From NCBI GenBank assembly GCA_964344285.1, contig CAYFMM010000004.1, forward strand, positions 109,526 to 173,525: DNA of 64,000 nucleotides, written 5' to 3'. The notes under the pieces were generated by a model. It made no database searches. It was not told the DNA's origin and saw nothing but the letters and a program-made list of their open reading frames with translations. A program made the translations under genes and the position numbers. Each line of letters opens with the position of its first letter. Within the stretch, counting starts at the first letter, position 1. The stretch is from an uncultured Methanosarcinales archaeon. Its GTDB lineage: Archaea > Nanobdellota > Nanobdellia > Woesearchaeales > GW2011-AR9. Shown here in pieces: positions 19,341-28,916 of the stretch.

Positions 19341-20378
19341 ATGGGCTTACAATTTCGTGATATAGTTGTAAAAAAAGAAGTTGCTATCCATGAACTCAAA
19401 GATAAAATTCTTGCAATTGACTCAATGAATCTTTTGTACCAATTTCTAACAACTATTAGGTCAGCAGATGGCTCTGTGCTTACTGATTCTAAAGGTAATG
19501 TGACTTCACACTTAATTGGGCTATTTAGCAGAACAACAACGTTAATGGAATCAGGATTAAAACTAGTTTTTGTTTTTGATGGAAAACCACCTGCAATTAA
19601 ACAAAAAACGTGGGAAAAACGTAAAGAAATCAAAAAAGAAGCATCATTAAAACTACAACAAGCAACTGACGATGGGAACATAGAAGAAATGAAAAAGTTT
19701 GCATCACGAACTTCTGTTCTCACAAAAGAAATGATTGCAGATGCAAAAGCTCTCATTCAGGCTTTAGGACTACCAATCGTTCAAGCACCATCAGAAGGAG
19801 AAGCACAAACTGCATTCATGGTAAAAGAAAAACATGCTTATGCTTCCATTAGTCAAGATTATGACAATCTTATTTTTGGCTGCCCTCTTCTCATTAGAAA
19901 CTTATCCATTGCTGGAAAAAGAAAAAAAACAGGCAAGTTTGGTTATCAAACTGTAAAACCAGAAATGATTCTTCTTGACGACGTTCTAAACAATCTTGAT
20001 ATAAATCAAGACCAACTGATTATTCTTGCAATTTTAGTTGGAACTGATTATAATCCTGGTGGCGTAAAAGGAATTGGTCCCAAGACTGGAATTAAGCTAG
20101 TCAAAGAATACAAAGACAATTATGATAAACTCTTTACAAAAGTAGAATGGAGTACTCATTATCCAGAGTTACAGTGGCAAGAAATTTTTTCAACTATTAA
20201 AGACATTCCAGTTACAAACGACTTTAACTTGGAATGGAAAAGTGTTGATGAAGCACAAGTACAAAAAATTCTCATTGAAAAACATGACTTTACAAAAGAA
20301 AGAGTGGAATCAAAACTTGAAAAGTTGCGTGAACTTAGAGGCAAAGGAACACAAAAAGGTCTTTCTAGTTTTTTTTAA
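19341..20378 (+). CDS. fen: Flap endonuclease 1
   Basis: AIDSMNLLYQFL, VFVFDG, APSEGEAQ, SQDYD, GTDYNPGGVKGIGPK, C-terminal PIP box QKGLSSFF. Confidence 0.98.
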   Translation: MGLQFRDIVVKKEVAIHELKDKILAIDSMNLLYQFLTTIRSADGSVLTDSKGNVTSHLIGLFSRTTTLMESGLKLVFVFDGKPPAIKQKTWEKRKEIKKEASLKLQQATDDGNIEEMKKFASRTSVLTKEMIADAKALIQALGLPIVQAPSEGEAQTAFMVKEKHAYASISQDYDNLIFGCPLLIRNLSIAGKRKKTGKFGYQTVKPEMILLDDVLNNLDINQDQLIILAILVGTDYNPGGVKGIGPKTGIKLVKEYKDNYDKLFTKVEWSTHYPELQWQEIFSTIKDIPVTNDFNLEWKSVDEAQVQKILIEKHDFTKERVESKLEKLRELRGKGTQKGLSSFF

Positions 20379-20386
20379 AGCATTTG

Positions 20387-20593
20387 AAGTTTGGTAAGTG
20401 AGCAGCGCCCATCAGAAACAGAATAGTTTCTGGGGGTTCAAGAAAATGGGAAATTTTCTGAACTAAAAACTTTGTTTTTCTGTTCCAGAAATCCTTGATT
20501 TCTCAGAACCCATCGAGGCGCACGACATTCTAGGCTAAGGTTAATTTAATTGATGTCGTAATGGGCGCCGTGCCCTGCTCACTGGAAAAACTT
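20387..20593. repeat. Structured intergenic element, copy 1 (with 101-nt nested insert)
   Basis: Ends GTGAGCAGCGCCCATC..GAGGCGC and GCGCCGTGCCCTGCTCAC, shared with 49189-49367. Confidence 0.75.
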
Positions 20594-20620
20594 AAGAATA
20601 ATTAAATTGATAGGGATAAA

Positions 20621-21151
20621 ATGGTAAAAATACTTGTTGGATCAAAAAATCCTGTAAAGATAAACTCTGTTAAACAAGCATTCTCCCACTACTTTGGCGA
20701 CGTTGAGGTAGAAGGAAAACAGGTCCCTTCAAATGTGCCAGATCAACCCTTTGAAGAACAAACCTACCAGGGTGCAAAAAATAGAGCACAAAATCTTAAA
20801 ATAGAATTCCCAGACTATGATTTTTATGTTGGCTTAGAAGCAGGAATTAGTAAAACATTCAATAATTACTTCACATATGGGATAATTTACATTCTTGATA
20901 AAAATGGAAAAGAATCTTTTGGCTCCTCTCCACAATACCCTCTCCCTTCTAAAATAATGCAAAAAGTACTTGCAGGTGGCGAATTAGGTCCAGTTATGGC
21001 AGAAATGTTTGCAAAGCACGATATCAAAACTACATCGGGGGCTGTTGGAGTTTTTACAAAAGATGTCGTCTCAAGAACCGATCTCTACGTACCTGGTGTA
21101 ATTATGGCATTAATCTCTTTTTTGAATCCAGAATTGTTCTTTGAAAAATAA
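20621..21151 (+). CDS. yjjX: Inosine/xanthosine triphosphatase (YjjX family)
   Basis: VGSKNPVK, SNVPDQP, GAKNRA, VGLEAG, GAVGVFT, SRTDLY. Confidence 0.92.
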   Translation: MVKILVGSKNPVKINSVKQAFSHYFGDVEVEGKQVPSNVPDQPFEEQTYQGAKNRAQNLKIEFPDYDFYVGLEAGISKTFNNYFTYGIIYILDKNGKESFGSSPQYPLPSKIMQKVLAGGELGPVMAEMFAKHDIKTTSGAVGVFTKDVVSRTDLYVPGVIMALISFLNPELFFEK

Positions 21152-21170
21152 AAAAATAAAAAAAATAAAT

Positions 21171-21896
21171 TTAACAATATTCAACATTTCCTCCTACGTC
21201 TGTTAAGCCAAATACTGAATATGCTTGTACTACTGCGCAGGTAACTTTGTTGTTGCCATAATTGCCTGATACAGACTTAACTATCATCCCGTGATTTGTG
21301 TCAGAAATAATGTTGTTATGGACTTCAGCATTCTGTTCAGCAATAATGTTAAATCCTTTTCCACTTCCAACTCCATCTACGATATTATCTTGTACTGAAG
21401 CCTCTTGTGTATTTGAATTAATCCCCTCAGTAACTTGGTCAAATGTTATGTCCTCTACGATAAGTTCGTATAAAGAATTTACATGTGCACCAAGGTTAAA
21501 GTTTTTAATACTCCCACCATGAATGGTTATTCTGCTTGAAGCTTTATCTCCTGTAGCTTCAATCGCATTTGGTTTTACACCAGGGGCAAAATTTAATGGG
21601 TCTTGATATCTTAATTTGTGTCCGTTAAAATTTAACTCAACATCTCCTTGAACTGGCACGGTGACAACTATGCTTGTAGTGGGTGGTAATGTGACGTTAG
21701 CGGAAGTTACTCTTGGGTTAACAATAATATCTTCTACCAAACAATATTCTCCGCTAGTGGAAATTACTAACTGCTCATTAACAAAATCTGTCTGCGTAAT
21801 CAAGTCCGCATTAGGTCCACATGCAGCTTGTGCAAAACTACCCCAAGCTAGAACTAGTGTTAAACTCAACACCAACAAAAACATTTTTCTTTTCAT
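21171..21896 (-). CDS. Secreted right-handed beta-helix protein
   Basis: Signal peptide; SGEYCLVEDI; Asn/Ile-rich parallel beta-helix-like repeats. Confidence 0.65.
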   Translation of the reverse strand: MKRKMFLLVLSLTLVLAWGSFAQAACGPNADLITQTDFVNEQLVISTSGEYCLVEDIIVNPRVTSANVTLPPTTSIVVTVPVQGDVELNFNGHKLRYQDPLNFAPGVKPNAIEATGDKASSRITIHGGSIKNFNLGAHVNSLYELIVEDITFDQVTEGINSNTQEASVQDNIVDGVGSGKGFNIIAEQNAEVHNNIISDTNHGMIVKSVSGNYGNNKVTCAVVQAYSVFGLTDVGGNVEYC

Positions 21897-22013
21897 TTTA
21901 TTCCTCCTTTCGATACACGAAAATATAGAGATAAAAAGAATAGGGGTTCTTCAAAAAAATAATTATATTTATTTGCCAAAAGCTATATAAAAGTGGTTTT
22001 TCTTTAATAAAAC

Positions 22014-23081
22014 ATGTATCCTCTTGTAACTAAGGATTTTCCCTTAATGGGAGATTTAGTCTCAGCTGCTCAAAAAACATCTATTTATCAATGGACTAGT
22101 AAAGCATTATGTTTGCCAGTTCCAGAAAAAGGGATTTTTTTCAAAGGCTATTTTGCTGATGGCAAAGACTTAGAAGATGCTCGTTCTGAATTTGCGGTTT
22201 TACATGCTGGAAATAACTTAGGCTCCCTTCCAAACTTAGTACATTCGAGTTTAATTCAGACAAATCCAACACAGCTTTCTGACGTGGAGATTTTTGAACC
22301 AATGGTGTGGATTGCTCAAGAATTCGTTCCAAAAGGAGAAAAACCTCTAGAAGAACATGTTAGAGACCTTGCTGGGTTACACGACTCTTTACCTTCGCTC
22401 TTTGACAAATCTTTGCTAAGAGCAAATAGGCCAAGAAGGGGATTAATGCCTCTTTTTCAAAATTCTCCTGAAAGGCTTGATGAAGATGAACCAGTCCCTA
22501 TTGAACTTTGTGTTTTAACAGATCAATGTGACCAAGTAATAAGATTAGATTGGAATGGACTTCTAACCTCAATTTACCAACAACAGCAACAAGATCCTTA
22601 TTGTTCTATTATTAATGGAGATATAAAACCTGAACATCTCCATGATAAAATCATTGATTGGGGTTGTGCTTCTTGGGGTCCAGTTGCAAGAGATGTTGCT
22701 GGCTTAATTCTTTGTACTGATCCAAAAAATACAGAAGATGTAATTAATACTTATCTACAAGCTTCCAGTAAAAAAGAACCGGATTTTGCAGGACACCTTA
22801 GAAAATATGCTCCAGTTTACGCTTTACACCAAGCAGCTTATAATATTCTTTCACGAACTTTAGATCTTGGTGTTAAATCATTAAAAGAATTGGAAGAAAT
22901 CATTGAACTTAACACTTTTGATTGTGCTTACTTAACTTCAAGAGGGTTTAAAATCTATGGTTTTCATGACCTACCTCCAGAGAGGAGAATTCTTCCGAAC
23001 AGTTACTCAAAATACGAGATACAAGACGATGGATCTCTTGTCGCAAAGAATAATAATACACTACCTCAAATCCATATATAG
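22014..23081 (+). CDS. Aminoglycoside-phosphotransferase / kinase-like fold protein
   Basis: NGDIKPEHL..IIDWG..GPVARDVA. Confidence 0.7.
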   Translation: MYPLVTKDFPLMGDLVSAAQKTSIYQWTSKALCLPVPEKGIFFKGYFADGKDLEDARSEFAVLHAGNNLGSLPNLVHSSLIQTNPTQLSDVEIFEPMVWIAQEFVPKGEKPLEEHVRDLAGLHDSLPSLFDKSLLRANRPRRGLMPLFQNSPERLDEDEPVPIELCVLTDQCDQVIRLDWNGLLTSIYQQQQQDPYCSIINGDIKPEHLHDKIIDWGCASWGPVARDVAGLILCTDPKNTEDVINTYLQASSKKEPDFAGHLRKYAPVYALHQAAYNILSRTLDLGVKSLKELEEIIELNTFDCAYLTSRGFKIYGFHDLPPERRILPNSYSKYEIQDDGSLVAKNNNTLPQIHI

Positions 23082-23871
23082 GGAGGAGTTTATTTAATTT
23101 TTCAGAAGTTAGCTCATTTTTAGATCTTTCACTTTCTAACCAATATGTTTGTGCCTTGGAAAAATCAGGTGTAATTAATAATAATGTAATCTCTTTGAAT
23201 TCGTAAAACAAATCTTTTACAAGTCCTTTATGCAAAAGAGTATCTATGCCTTTAGAAAACTTTACAAGATGTGAAGCAATTTTTTCTAGGGTAGTAATAA
23301 TCTCATAATAGTTATACTGTTGCTTTGCTCCAAAATCTTGTTCTGCAGTTGCTCTAATCAAATGGTCTCTGATTTTAATAACTTCTTTTTTCATCTCAAG
23401 CTGCTTAGGATATATGCTTTGTTTTGGATCTTCACAAATTTGAGAGAACATAAAAGAGACACAATGAAGCATTCTTCTCATCAATTTTTCAAATTCAAAT
23501 TTTTCAAGCGATGAGATACATTCAATCTCCACTACTTTATTTTTCATAGAGGTAATAACTAGTCCAGTAAATGAATTAACTGCTCTAAATAATTCTTCTT
23601 CAGGAACTACAAAATTAAAATTCAATTTCAACAAATCAAATCCAGCTTTATAATACGCAGAGATTAAAGTTCTTATGGATTTATAATTGTACTCATTAAT
23701 TTCTGAAATTTCTACTACTTTTCTAGGCTCATTTGTTTGCAACAGAAGGGAATCATCTTTAATCTTAACTAGCACTTCATTACCTGCACTTAAATTTTGA
23801 TCTTTTACCCATTTCGAAGGAACGGTAATCGTTAGCGCATTTTGACCTTGCCGTACTAGTTTTCGTTTCAT
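22948..23871 (-). CDS. AbrB-domain plus PhoU-like regulator
   Basis: MKRKLVRQGQNALTITVPSKWV AbrB N-terminus; SAYYKAGFD; helical remainder. Confidence 0.8.
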   Translation of the reverse strand: MKRKLVRQGQNALTITVPSKWVKDQNLSAGNEVLVKIKDDSLLLQTNEPRKVVEISEINEYNYKSIRTLISAYYKAGFDLLKLNFNFVVPEEELFRAVNSFTGLVITSMKNKVVEIECISSLEKFEFEKLMRRMLHCVSFMFSQICEDPKQSIYPKQLEMKKEVIKIRDHLIRATAEQDFGAKQQYNYYEIITTLEKIASHLVKFSKGIDTLLHKGLVKDLFYEFKEITLLLITPDFSKAQTYWLESERSKNELTSEKLNKLLPIYGFEVVYYYSLRQEIHRLVSRILSNCSEEFSSLEVGHENHRF

Positions 23872-23933
23872 GACCTGAACTGAGTCCACTTTCTTTAATT
23901 GATTTCTACCTTCTGAAATCCATGTTAGAAACT

Positions 23934-24779
23934 CTACTTTCCTCGAAATCCTTTACTTGCCTTCTCACTCCAAAAACTAGGTAAACTATTTTGCACAAAA
24001 CCTCTAAAAGAATCAGCGTAAATATACGTAAGCCCAACAGTTCCTTTTAATTCTTTAAAATCCTCTTTTACTTCTACATAGACTTCTTTAATCTTCTTTC
24101 GCTCAAAATCTTTTTGTAACAATGAGCTTGGTTTTAAAATCAAATAATCAGCTTGCCTAATTGCATTAATCTCTAAATTGCTACTATTTTGTGTGATAAA
24201 AATAACACTCAAATCTTTATGCCGTGCAATTAAAAGTAACTCTGATAATAACTTATTCGGATTACTCATCGCATTACGACTACTAAATGTAATTCCACCT
24301 TCATCAATCAACACCACACTATCATTATGGATGTCTTCAATCTCTTCTACTACTTTAATCCAATCTGGCACTGCCTCTTCTTGAAAACCTAACGCATACA
24401 CTTTTTTATTACCCTTTACTTTAAAATTTTCAAGCAGTCTCATCCCAATCGCGCTCTTGCCAGTTCCTCTAGCTCCCAAAATAATTCCGATGGTGCTAGA
24501 GCTCTTATACAATTTTCTCTCGAAATTTTCAACTTTTCCTTCAATTGCTTTTACAACCTTAAATGCATCATATTCTGCCTCTACTTTTGGCTTTTTCTCC
24601 TGAATTTTTTTCTTCGAACGCTTTTTTTGCACACCCACAATTTTATGTTTTGTCCAATAATAAATTAATTGTACTACAAAAGAAATTGCTTTAATAGGAT
24701 AAAGAATTAAAATTTTAAAAATCCACTTTAACGTTTCCTTAACAATTCGCACAAGCTTCTTTTTAGTTCGCTTTTTCAT
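23934..24779 (-). CDS. Membrane-anchored P-loop ATPase (Zot/HerA-like)
   Basis: ILGARGTGKS Walker A, VVLIDEG Walker B, ARHKDL..FITQ; N-terminal hydrophobic segment. Confidence 0.75.
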   Translation of the reverse strand: MKKRTKKKLVRIVKETLKWIFKILILYPIKAISFVVQLIYYWTKHKIVGVQKKRSKKKIQEKKPKVEAEYDAFKVVKAIEGKVENFERKLYKSSSTIGIILGARGTGKSAIGMRLLENFKVKGNKKVYALGFQEEAVPDWIKVVEEIEDIHNDSVVLIDEGGITFSSRNAMSNPNKLLSELLLIARHKDLSVIFITQNSSNLEINAIRQADYLILKPSSLLQKDFERKKIKEVYVEVKEDFKELKGTVGLTYIYADSFRGFVQNSLPSFWSEKASKGFRGK

Positions 24780-24781
24780 CG

Positions 24782-25384
24782 TTATGCTGCTTTTACTTCA
24801 ATTTCTCTTCTAGGCTTTTGTGCAAGACTTTGATCTATAAGTGCTTGAATGTTTAACATATCTTTTGCTATTTTTTCAAGAAGGAATAAAATATTGGCAG
24901 TAGCTTCTTTGCTTGTGTTCATGTCTTGTTGAAGCACTCTATTAAGCCTAGTTATATATTCTCTGTTTTGGTGTACTGTGGTTTCGATTTCTCTTGAGAT
25001 CTCCTTAGCATTTTCAGTACTAGAAATAACTCTATCCACATTAATAGTCACGTTCTCAGCAGCTTCTTTACAGTCTTGCATAACTGCAAATACATTTCTA
25101 AAATTTCTGTTTCTAAACAATTTTCCAGAAGCATGTTCAGGTAATCTTGTACCTTTCAAAACGCCTCGAAGATTATCTCCTAAAAGTTTTACCTTTCTAT
25201 AAACCACTTGGCTTTGAACTAACAAAGCATCAACTTTTTCTGCATCTAGTACTTTGACGCGACTGCTGGCAAATGTTGCCTTAGTGTATGCATTTAGAGT
25301 AAGAGAAGTCATGTATGGGAATTCCTTGCGGAGCATACCTGCAAATTCCTTTTTGATTTTTCCCAATTCCTCAATAACACCCAT
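24782..25384 (-). CDS. Hypothetical coiled-coil protein
   Basis: Helical ORF, tightly coupled to the ATPase gene. Confidence 0.55.
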   Translation of the reverse strand: MGVIEELGKIKKEFAGMLRKEFPYMTSLTLNAYTKATFASSRVKVLDAEKVDALLVQSQVVYRKVKLLGDNLRGVLKGTRLPEHASGKLFRNRNFRNVFAVMQDCKEAAENVTINVDRVISSTENAKEISREIETTVHQNREYITRLNRVLQQDMNTSKEATANILFLLEKIAKDMLNIQALIDQSLAQKPRREIEVKAA

Positions 25385-25462
25385 ACAAGAAAGAAAATAT
25401 TTCTCCTTTTTAAATGTATATGTTTAGAATTTGCAACTTTTCTAATTTGTCGAGGAGATATC

Positions 25463-25470
25463 TTTAAATA
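25463..25470 (+). promoter_or_regulatory. TATA box of the trm5-like gene
   Basis: TTTAAATA 31 nt before the ATG. Confidence 0.65.
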
Positions 25471-25493
25471 CATTAATTCATCTCCTATAACTC

Positions 25494-26540
25494 ATGCTTG
25501 CAGCTTATACTAAATTAGAACATGCACAACAACTTAAACAAAAACTTCTTGCAAAAAAAGTACTGCATCAAGAATATCTTCCAGTAAAAGAACTTGGTCT
25601 AATCTATTTTCCATTAACCAAAAAAGTAACAGGAATCTCCCCTGCCAAAATTACAACTACAAAATTTACATTTCCTCAAAAACCAAAACCCAAAAGAGTA
25701 GAAGATTTTCTCAAAGGAAAACTAACGCCTAAAGAATTAACTCTTCTTCCAAGATCTCAAGAGCTTGTTGGAAAAATAATGATCCTAGAAGTACCAAAAG
25801 AGCTTCAATCAAAAGAAACACTCATCGCACAAGCATATCTTAAACTAAATCCTCAAATTGAAACAGTTGTTAAAAAAACAGCCATGCACTCAGGAGTATT
25901 TAGAACAAGAAAAGTCAAAATCCTAGCTGGAAAAAAATCAAAAGAAACTATGCATTTTGAAAATGGAATAAAACTTCTTTTACACCTTGAACGAACATAC
26001 TACTCTGCTAGATCTGCAAATGAAAGACTTCGAGTTGCAAAACAAGTCAAAAAAGATGAAAATATTCTTGTAATGTTTTCGGGCGCTGGACCTTATCCTT
26101 TAGTTCTTGCAAAAAATACTCCTGCAAAAAAAATAATTGGCATTGAAATCAACCCTCTTGCACATAGATATGCAATTGATAGTGTTGCCTTAAATAAACT
26201 TGAACATAAAATAATTCTTCAAGAAGGGGACGTCAGACAAATCCTTCCCAAGATAAGAAAAAAATTTCATCGCATTGCAATGCCCCTACCAAAACTTAGC
26301 GAAGAATTCTTAGATGTTGCTCTGCCAAAAGTTCTTCCTAATGGAATAATTCATCTTTACGCTTTTTTAGATGAAAAAGAGATCGTTCCCCATGCAAAAG
26401 AAATCAAAGCCAGCTGTAATAAACTCAAATATGATGTCAAAGTTCTAAGAAGCGTGAAATGTGGTCAATTTTCTCCAGGCACATTTAGAGTATGTTATGA
26501 TCTTAAGGTGATTGGTAAAGTAAGTAGAAATAAAAAATAA
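25494..26540 (+). CDS. trm5: Trm5/Taw2-family tRNA methyltransferase
   Basis: ELVGKIMILEV, YYSARSANERLR, LVMFSGAGPY, IEINP, EGDV, IAMPLP. Trm5 versus Taw2 not resolved. Confidence 0.82.
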   Translation: MLAAYTKLEHAQQLKQKLLAKKVLHQEYLPVKELGLIYFPLTKKVTGISPAKITTTKFTFPQKPKPKRVEDFLKGKLTPKELTLLPRSQELVGKIMILEVPKELQSKETLIAQAYLKLNPQIETVVKKTAMHSGVFRTRKVKILAGKKSKETMHFENGIKLLLHLERTYYSARSANERLRVAKQVKKDENILVMFSGAGPYPLVLAKNTPAKKIIGIEINPLAHRYAIDSVALNKLEHKIILQEGDVRQILPKIRKKFHRIAMPLPKLSEEFLDVALPKVLPNGIIHLYAFLDEKEIVPHAKEIKASCNKLKYDVKVLRSVKCGQFSPGTFRVCYDLKVIGKVSRNKK

Positions 26541-26553
26541 AATAAGAATAAAA

Positions 26554-26901
26554 TTATTCTTGTTTAGGTTCTTCTTCAGCTTGCTCTTCACTTGATTCTT
26601 CTTGAGCAGTCTCCTGTGCAACTGGTTCTTGTGCTTCTTCTTCTTGAGCAGGTTCTTCACTTGCTTCTTCAGAACTCTCTTGAGGAACATCGTCTCTTTC
26701 GCTACCCTTAGCTAAAAGTTGAACATTCTCTGCTTTTAATCCACGTTCTCCTTCTGCAGGTTCGAATGAAACTCTGTCATTATCACGTAAGAATACGCCC
26801 TTAGGCACTGCTGTAAAGTGTACGAAATAATCCTTGCCATCTTCGCCACTAATAAATCCAAATCCTTTTTTTCTGTTAAAAAACTTTACGTCTCCTTCCA
26901 T
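26554..26901 (-). CDS. csp: Cold-shock domain protein with acidic tail
   Basis: GDVKFFNRKKGFGFI (RNP1), DYFVHFTAV (RNP2), then an E/Q/A-rich tail. Confidence 0.95.
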   Translation of the reverse strand: MEGDVKFFNRKKGFGFISGEDGKDYFVHFTAVPKGVFLRDNDRVSFEPAEGERGLKAENVQLLAKGSERDDVPQESSEEASEEPAQEEEAQEPVAQETAQEESSEEQAEEEPKQE

Positions 26902-27174
26902 TTTTACTCTTTTCCTCCAACTCGATGCTCTCTTTCAAGCATCCGTCGTTCTTTTTTAATCCTTTAACCGCTTTCCTTATATAAACTTTACTTTTGATAA
27001 GTGGAAATTTACCTTTAGATTTAAGTATAAAAATTTATAAGTATGCTCATAAATAACAGTCAGGAGACATATCTCAATTGGTGTAATGTGCAATGACGGA
27101 TGTGAACACCCGATGATCCCTTCTGGGAAATGATTAACGGAAGTAACTTCCTAGCACACACAGACTTTTACAAA

Positions 27175-27717
27175 ATGACAACAATTTATATTATCCATGG
27201 CCTACAAGCATCCTCGAAATCTAATTGGATTCCTTGGCTAAAACAAGAATTAGAAAAACTAAACCATACAGTTATAACTCCAGATTTTCCAAATTCAAAT
27301 CAACCACAGCTACAAGAGTGGCTTAATTTCTTCACGCAATATCCTGTAGATGAAAAATCAATTGTCATTGGACATAGTCTTGGAACTGCATTTTTGCTTC
27401 GTTTCTTAGAAGATCACAAGGCAAAAGCAGCATTCTTTGTTGCAGGCGTCCCGGGACCATTACAACACGATGCTGACGCAATTATTAGTACATTCTCTCA
27501 TTATCCATTTAACTGGAAAAAAATTAAACAAAACTGTAAATATCGTTTTGTAATTCACTCAGACAACGACCCCTACATCCCACTAAAACAAGCACAAGGA
27601 CTTTCTCAAAACATAGACTCAGAATTAATTTTAATCAAAGGAGCAAAGCATCTAAATCGAAATGATGGTTATTTAACATTCCCCCTTTTACTTGAAAAAA
27701 TAAGAGAACAAATCTAA
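27175..27717 (+). CDS. RBBP9/YdeN-family alpha/beta hydrolase
   Basis: IIHG..SNWIPWL, IGHSLG, HSDNDPYIP, GAKH. Confidence 0.9.
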   Translation: MTTIYIIHGLQASSKSNWIPWLKQELEKLNHTVITPDFPNSNQPQLQEWLNFFTQYPVDEKSIVIGHSLGTAFLLRFLEDHKAKAAFFVAGVPGPLQHDADAIISTFSHYPFNWKKIKQNCKYRFVIHSDNDPYIPLKQAQGLSQNIDSELILIKGAKHLNRNDGYLTFPLLLEKIREQI

Positions 27718-28052
27718 ACAGAGGCAAACTGTGCTTGCTGAACTTTATTATGGCCTAAATTAACTGTAAGGGGAATACTAATATCTTTTTCTTTATCTTC
27801 AAATTTCATTACAAATGTAATGTAAACATGGTTTGGTTTGTATGCAACTCTCATCGCAGCGTGTTTTAGCTCTGCAAGTTTTTTAATAGAAATATTCAGA
27901 TTCTCAGATGCATTTAGTATCTCAACTCCTGTAATTAAATCATCATGGTCTACATCTATGATAAAATCTCCTACGTCCATTGAATGCTTTACCTTCTTTC
28001 CTGTAGATAAAGTAAGAATATCTTCCTCTCGATTATAATTTATTTCTGCCAT
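27714..28052 (-). CDS. DUF2283-like protein (putative antitoxin)
   Basis: INYNREEDILTL..IIDVD..ITGVEILNAS. Confidence 0.8.
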   Translation of the reverse strand: MAEINYNREEDILTLSTGKKVKHSMDVGDFIIDVDHDDLITGVEILNASENLNISIKKLAELKHAAMRVAYKPNHVYITFVMKFEDKEKDISIPLTVNLGHNKVQQAQFASV

Positions 28053-28342
28053 GTTCTTTGTTTATTCCAGCCTGTAACGATATATAAAACTTTCCTGCTA
28101 ATAATTGCAATAATGATTAACTCATATTTATTACTTAATTTGAACCATAACTTGTATTTCTCTTCATCATTTCTTGCAATTTGCTTTTCAGCCCTTAGCA
28201 ATGCTTTTCCTTTGATTGCTTTAACTACCATTCCTTGATTAATCGGTCTTTTTTGTATTCTCTCAAAGAAATGTTGCTTAAACTTAATTTCCTTTATATC
28301 TATCTGGCTTAAAATGTTTTTGATTCTCTTCAAATCATCCAT
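28040..28342 (-). CDS. DUF4258-like RelE-fold protein (putative toxin)
   Basis: FKQHFFERIQKR..YIVTGW; overlaps the DUF2283 gene. Confidence 0.7.
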   Translation of the reverse strand: MDDLKRIKNILSQIDIKEIKFKQHFFERIQKRPINQGMVVKAIKGKALLRAEKQIARNDEEKYKLWFKLSNKYELIIIAIISRKVLYIVTGWNKQRTWQK

Positions 28343-28441
28343 ATCTAATCTTAACGAAAGGAGAATAAAACTCTATGCTATTTACCAAATATTTGCTATA
28401 TTTCCATAATCTTTTTAATTGGCTCTTACTAGTAAGAATCC

Positions 28442-28909
28442 ATGAAACTCATGACTCTTTGTTACATTCAAAAAGACAACAAAACCCTAATGCTTCATGT
28501 TAACAAACCAGGTTCAATTCATCATGGTCTATACAACGGTTTGGGTGGAAAATTCGAACCAGGAGAAACACCGGAAGAATGTATCAAACGCGAAGTCTTT
28601 GAGGAGAGTGGCCTAACTATCACAAACCCAACACTAAAAGGAAGAATTACCTTTTTTGAAAAGGATGGGCCAAACAACGGTCATGTGTATATCTTTACGG
28701 TAACAGAATATTCTGGTAATTTGATTGATTCTCCAGAAGGGAAACTTAGTTGGATTAAAAATCAAGAATTATTACACTTGCCTACACATCAAGGAGATAA
28801 GATCTTTTTTCCTTGGTTACTTGATCAAGATCCAACTTACAACTTTTTCTCTGCAAAATTTACATATGTCGGTCCAGAACTAAAAGACCACTCAGTAACC
28901 TTCTATTGA
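28442..28909 (+). CDS. NUDIX hydrolase (8-oxo-dGTPase-like)
   Basis: GGKFEPGETPEECIKREVFEESG Nudix box; SPEGKLSW. Confidence 0.92.
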   Translation: MKLMTLCYIQKDNKTLMLHVNKPGSIHHGLYNGLGGKFEPGETPEECIKREVFEESGLTITNPTLKGRITFFEKDGPNNGHVYIFTVTEYSGNLIDSPEGKLSWIKNQELLHLPTHQGDKIFFPWLLDQDPTYNFFSAKFTYVGPELKDHSVTFY

Positions 28910-28916
28910 TTTTTGC

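Noticed and set aside
20387-20593. tRNA, glmS/HDV/hammerhead ribozyme, group II intron or BHB intron identity for the two-copy element
   Set aside because: No T-loop or anticodon arm, no catalytic consensus or domain V, and the internal loop is asymmetric (not two 3-nt bulges around 4 bp).
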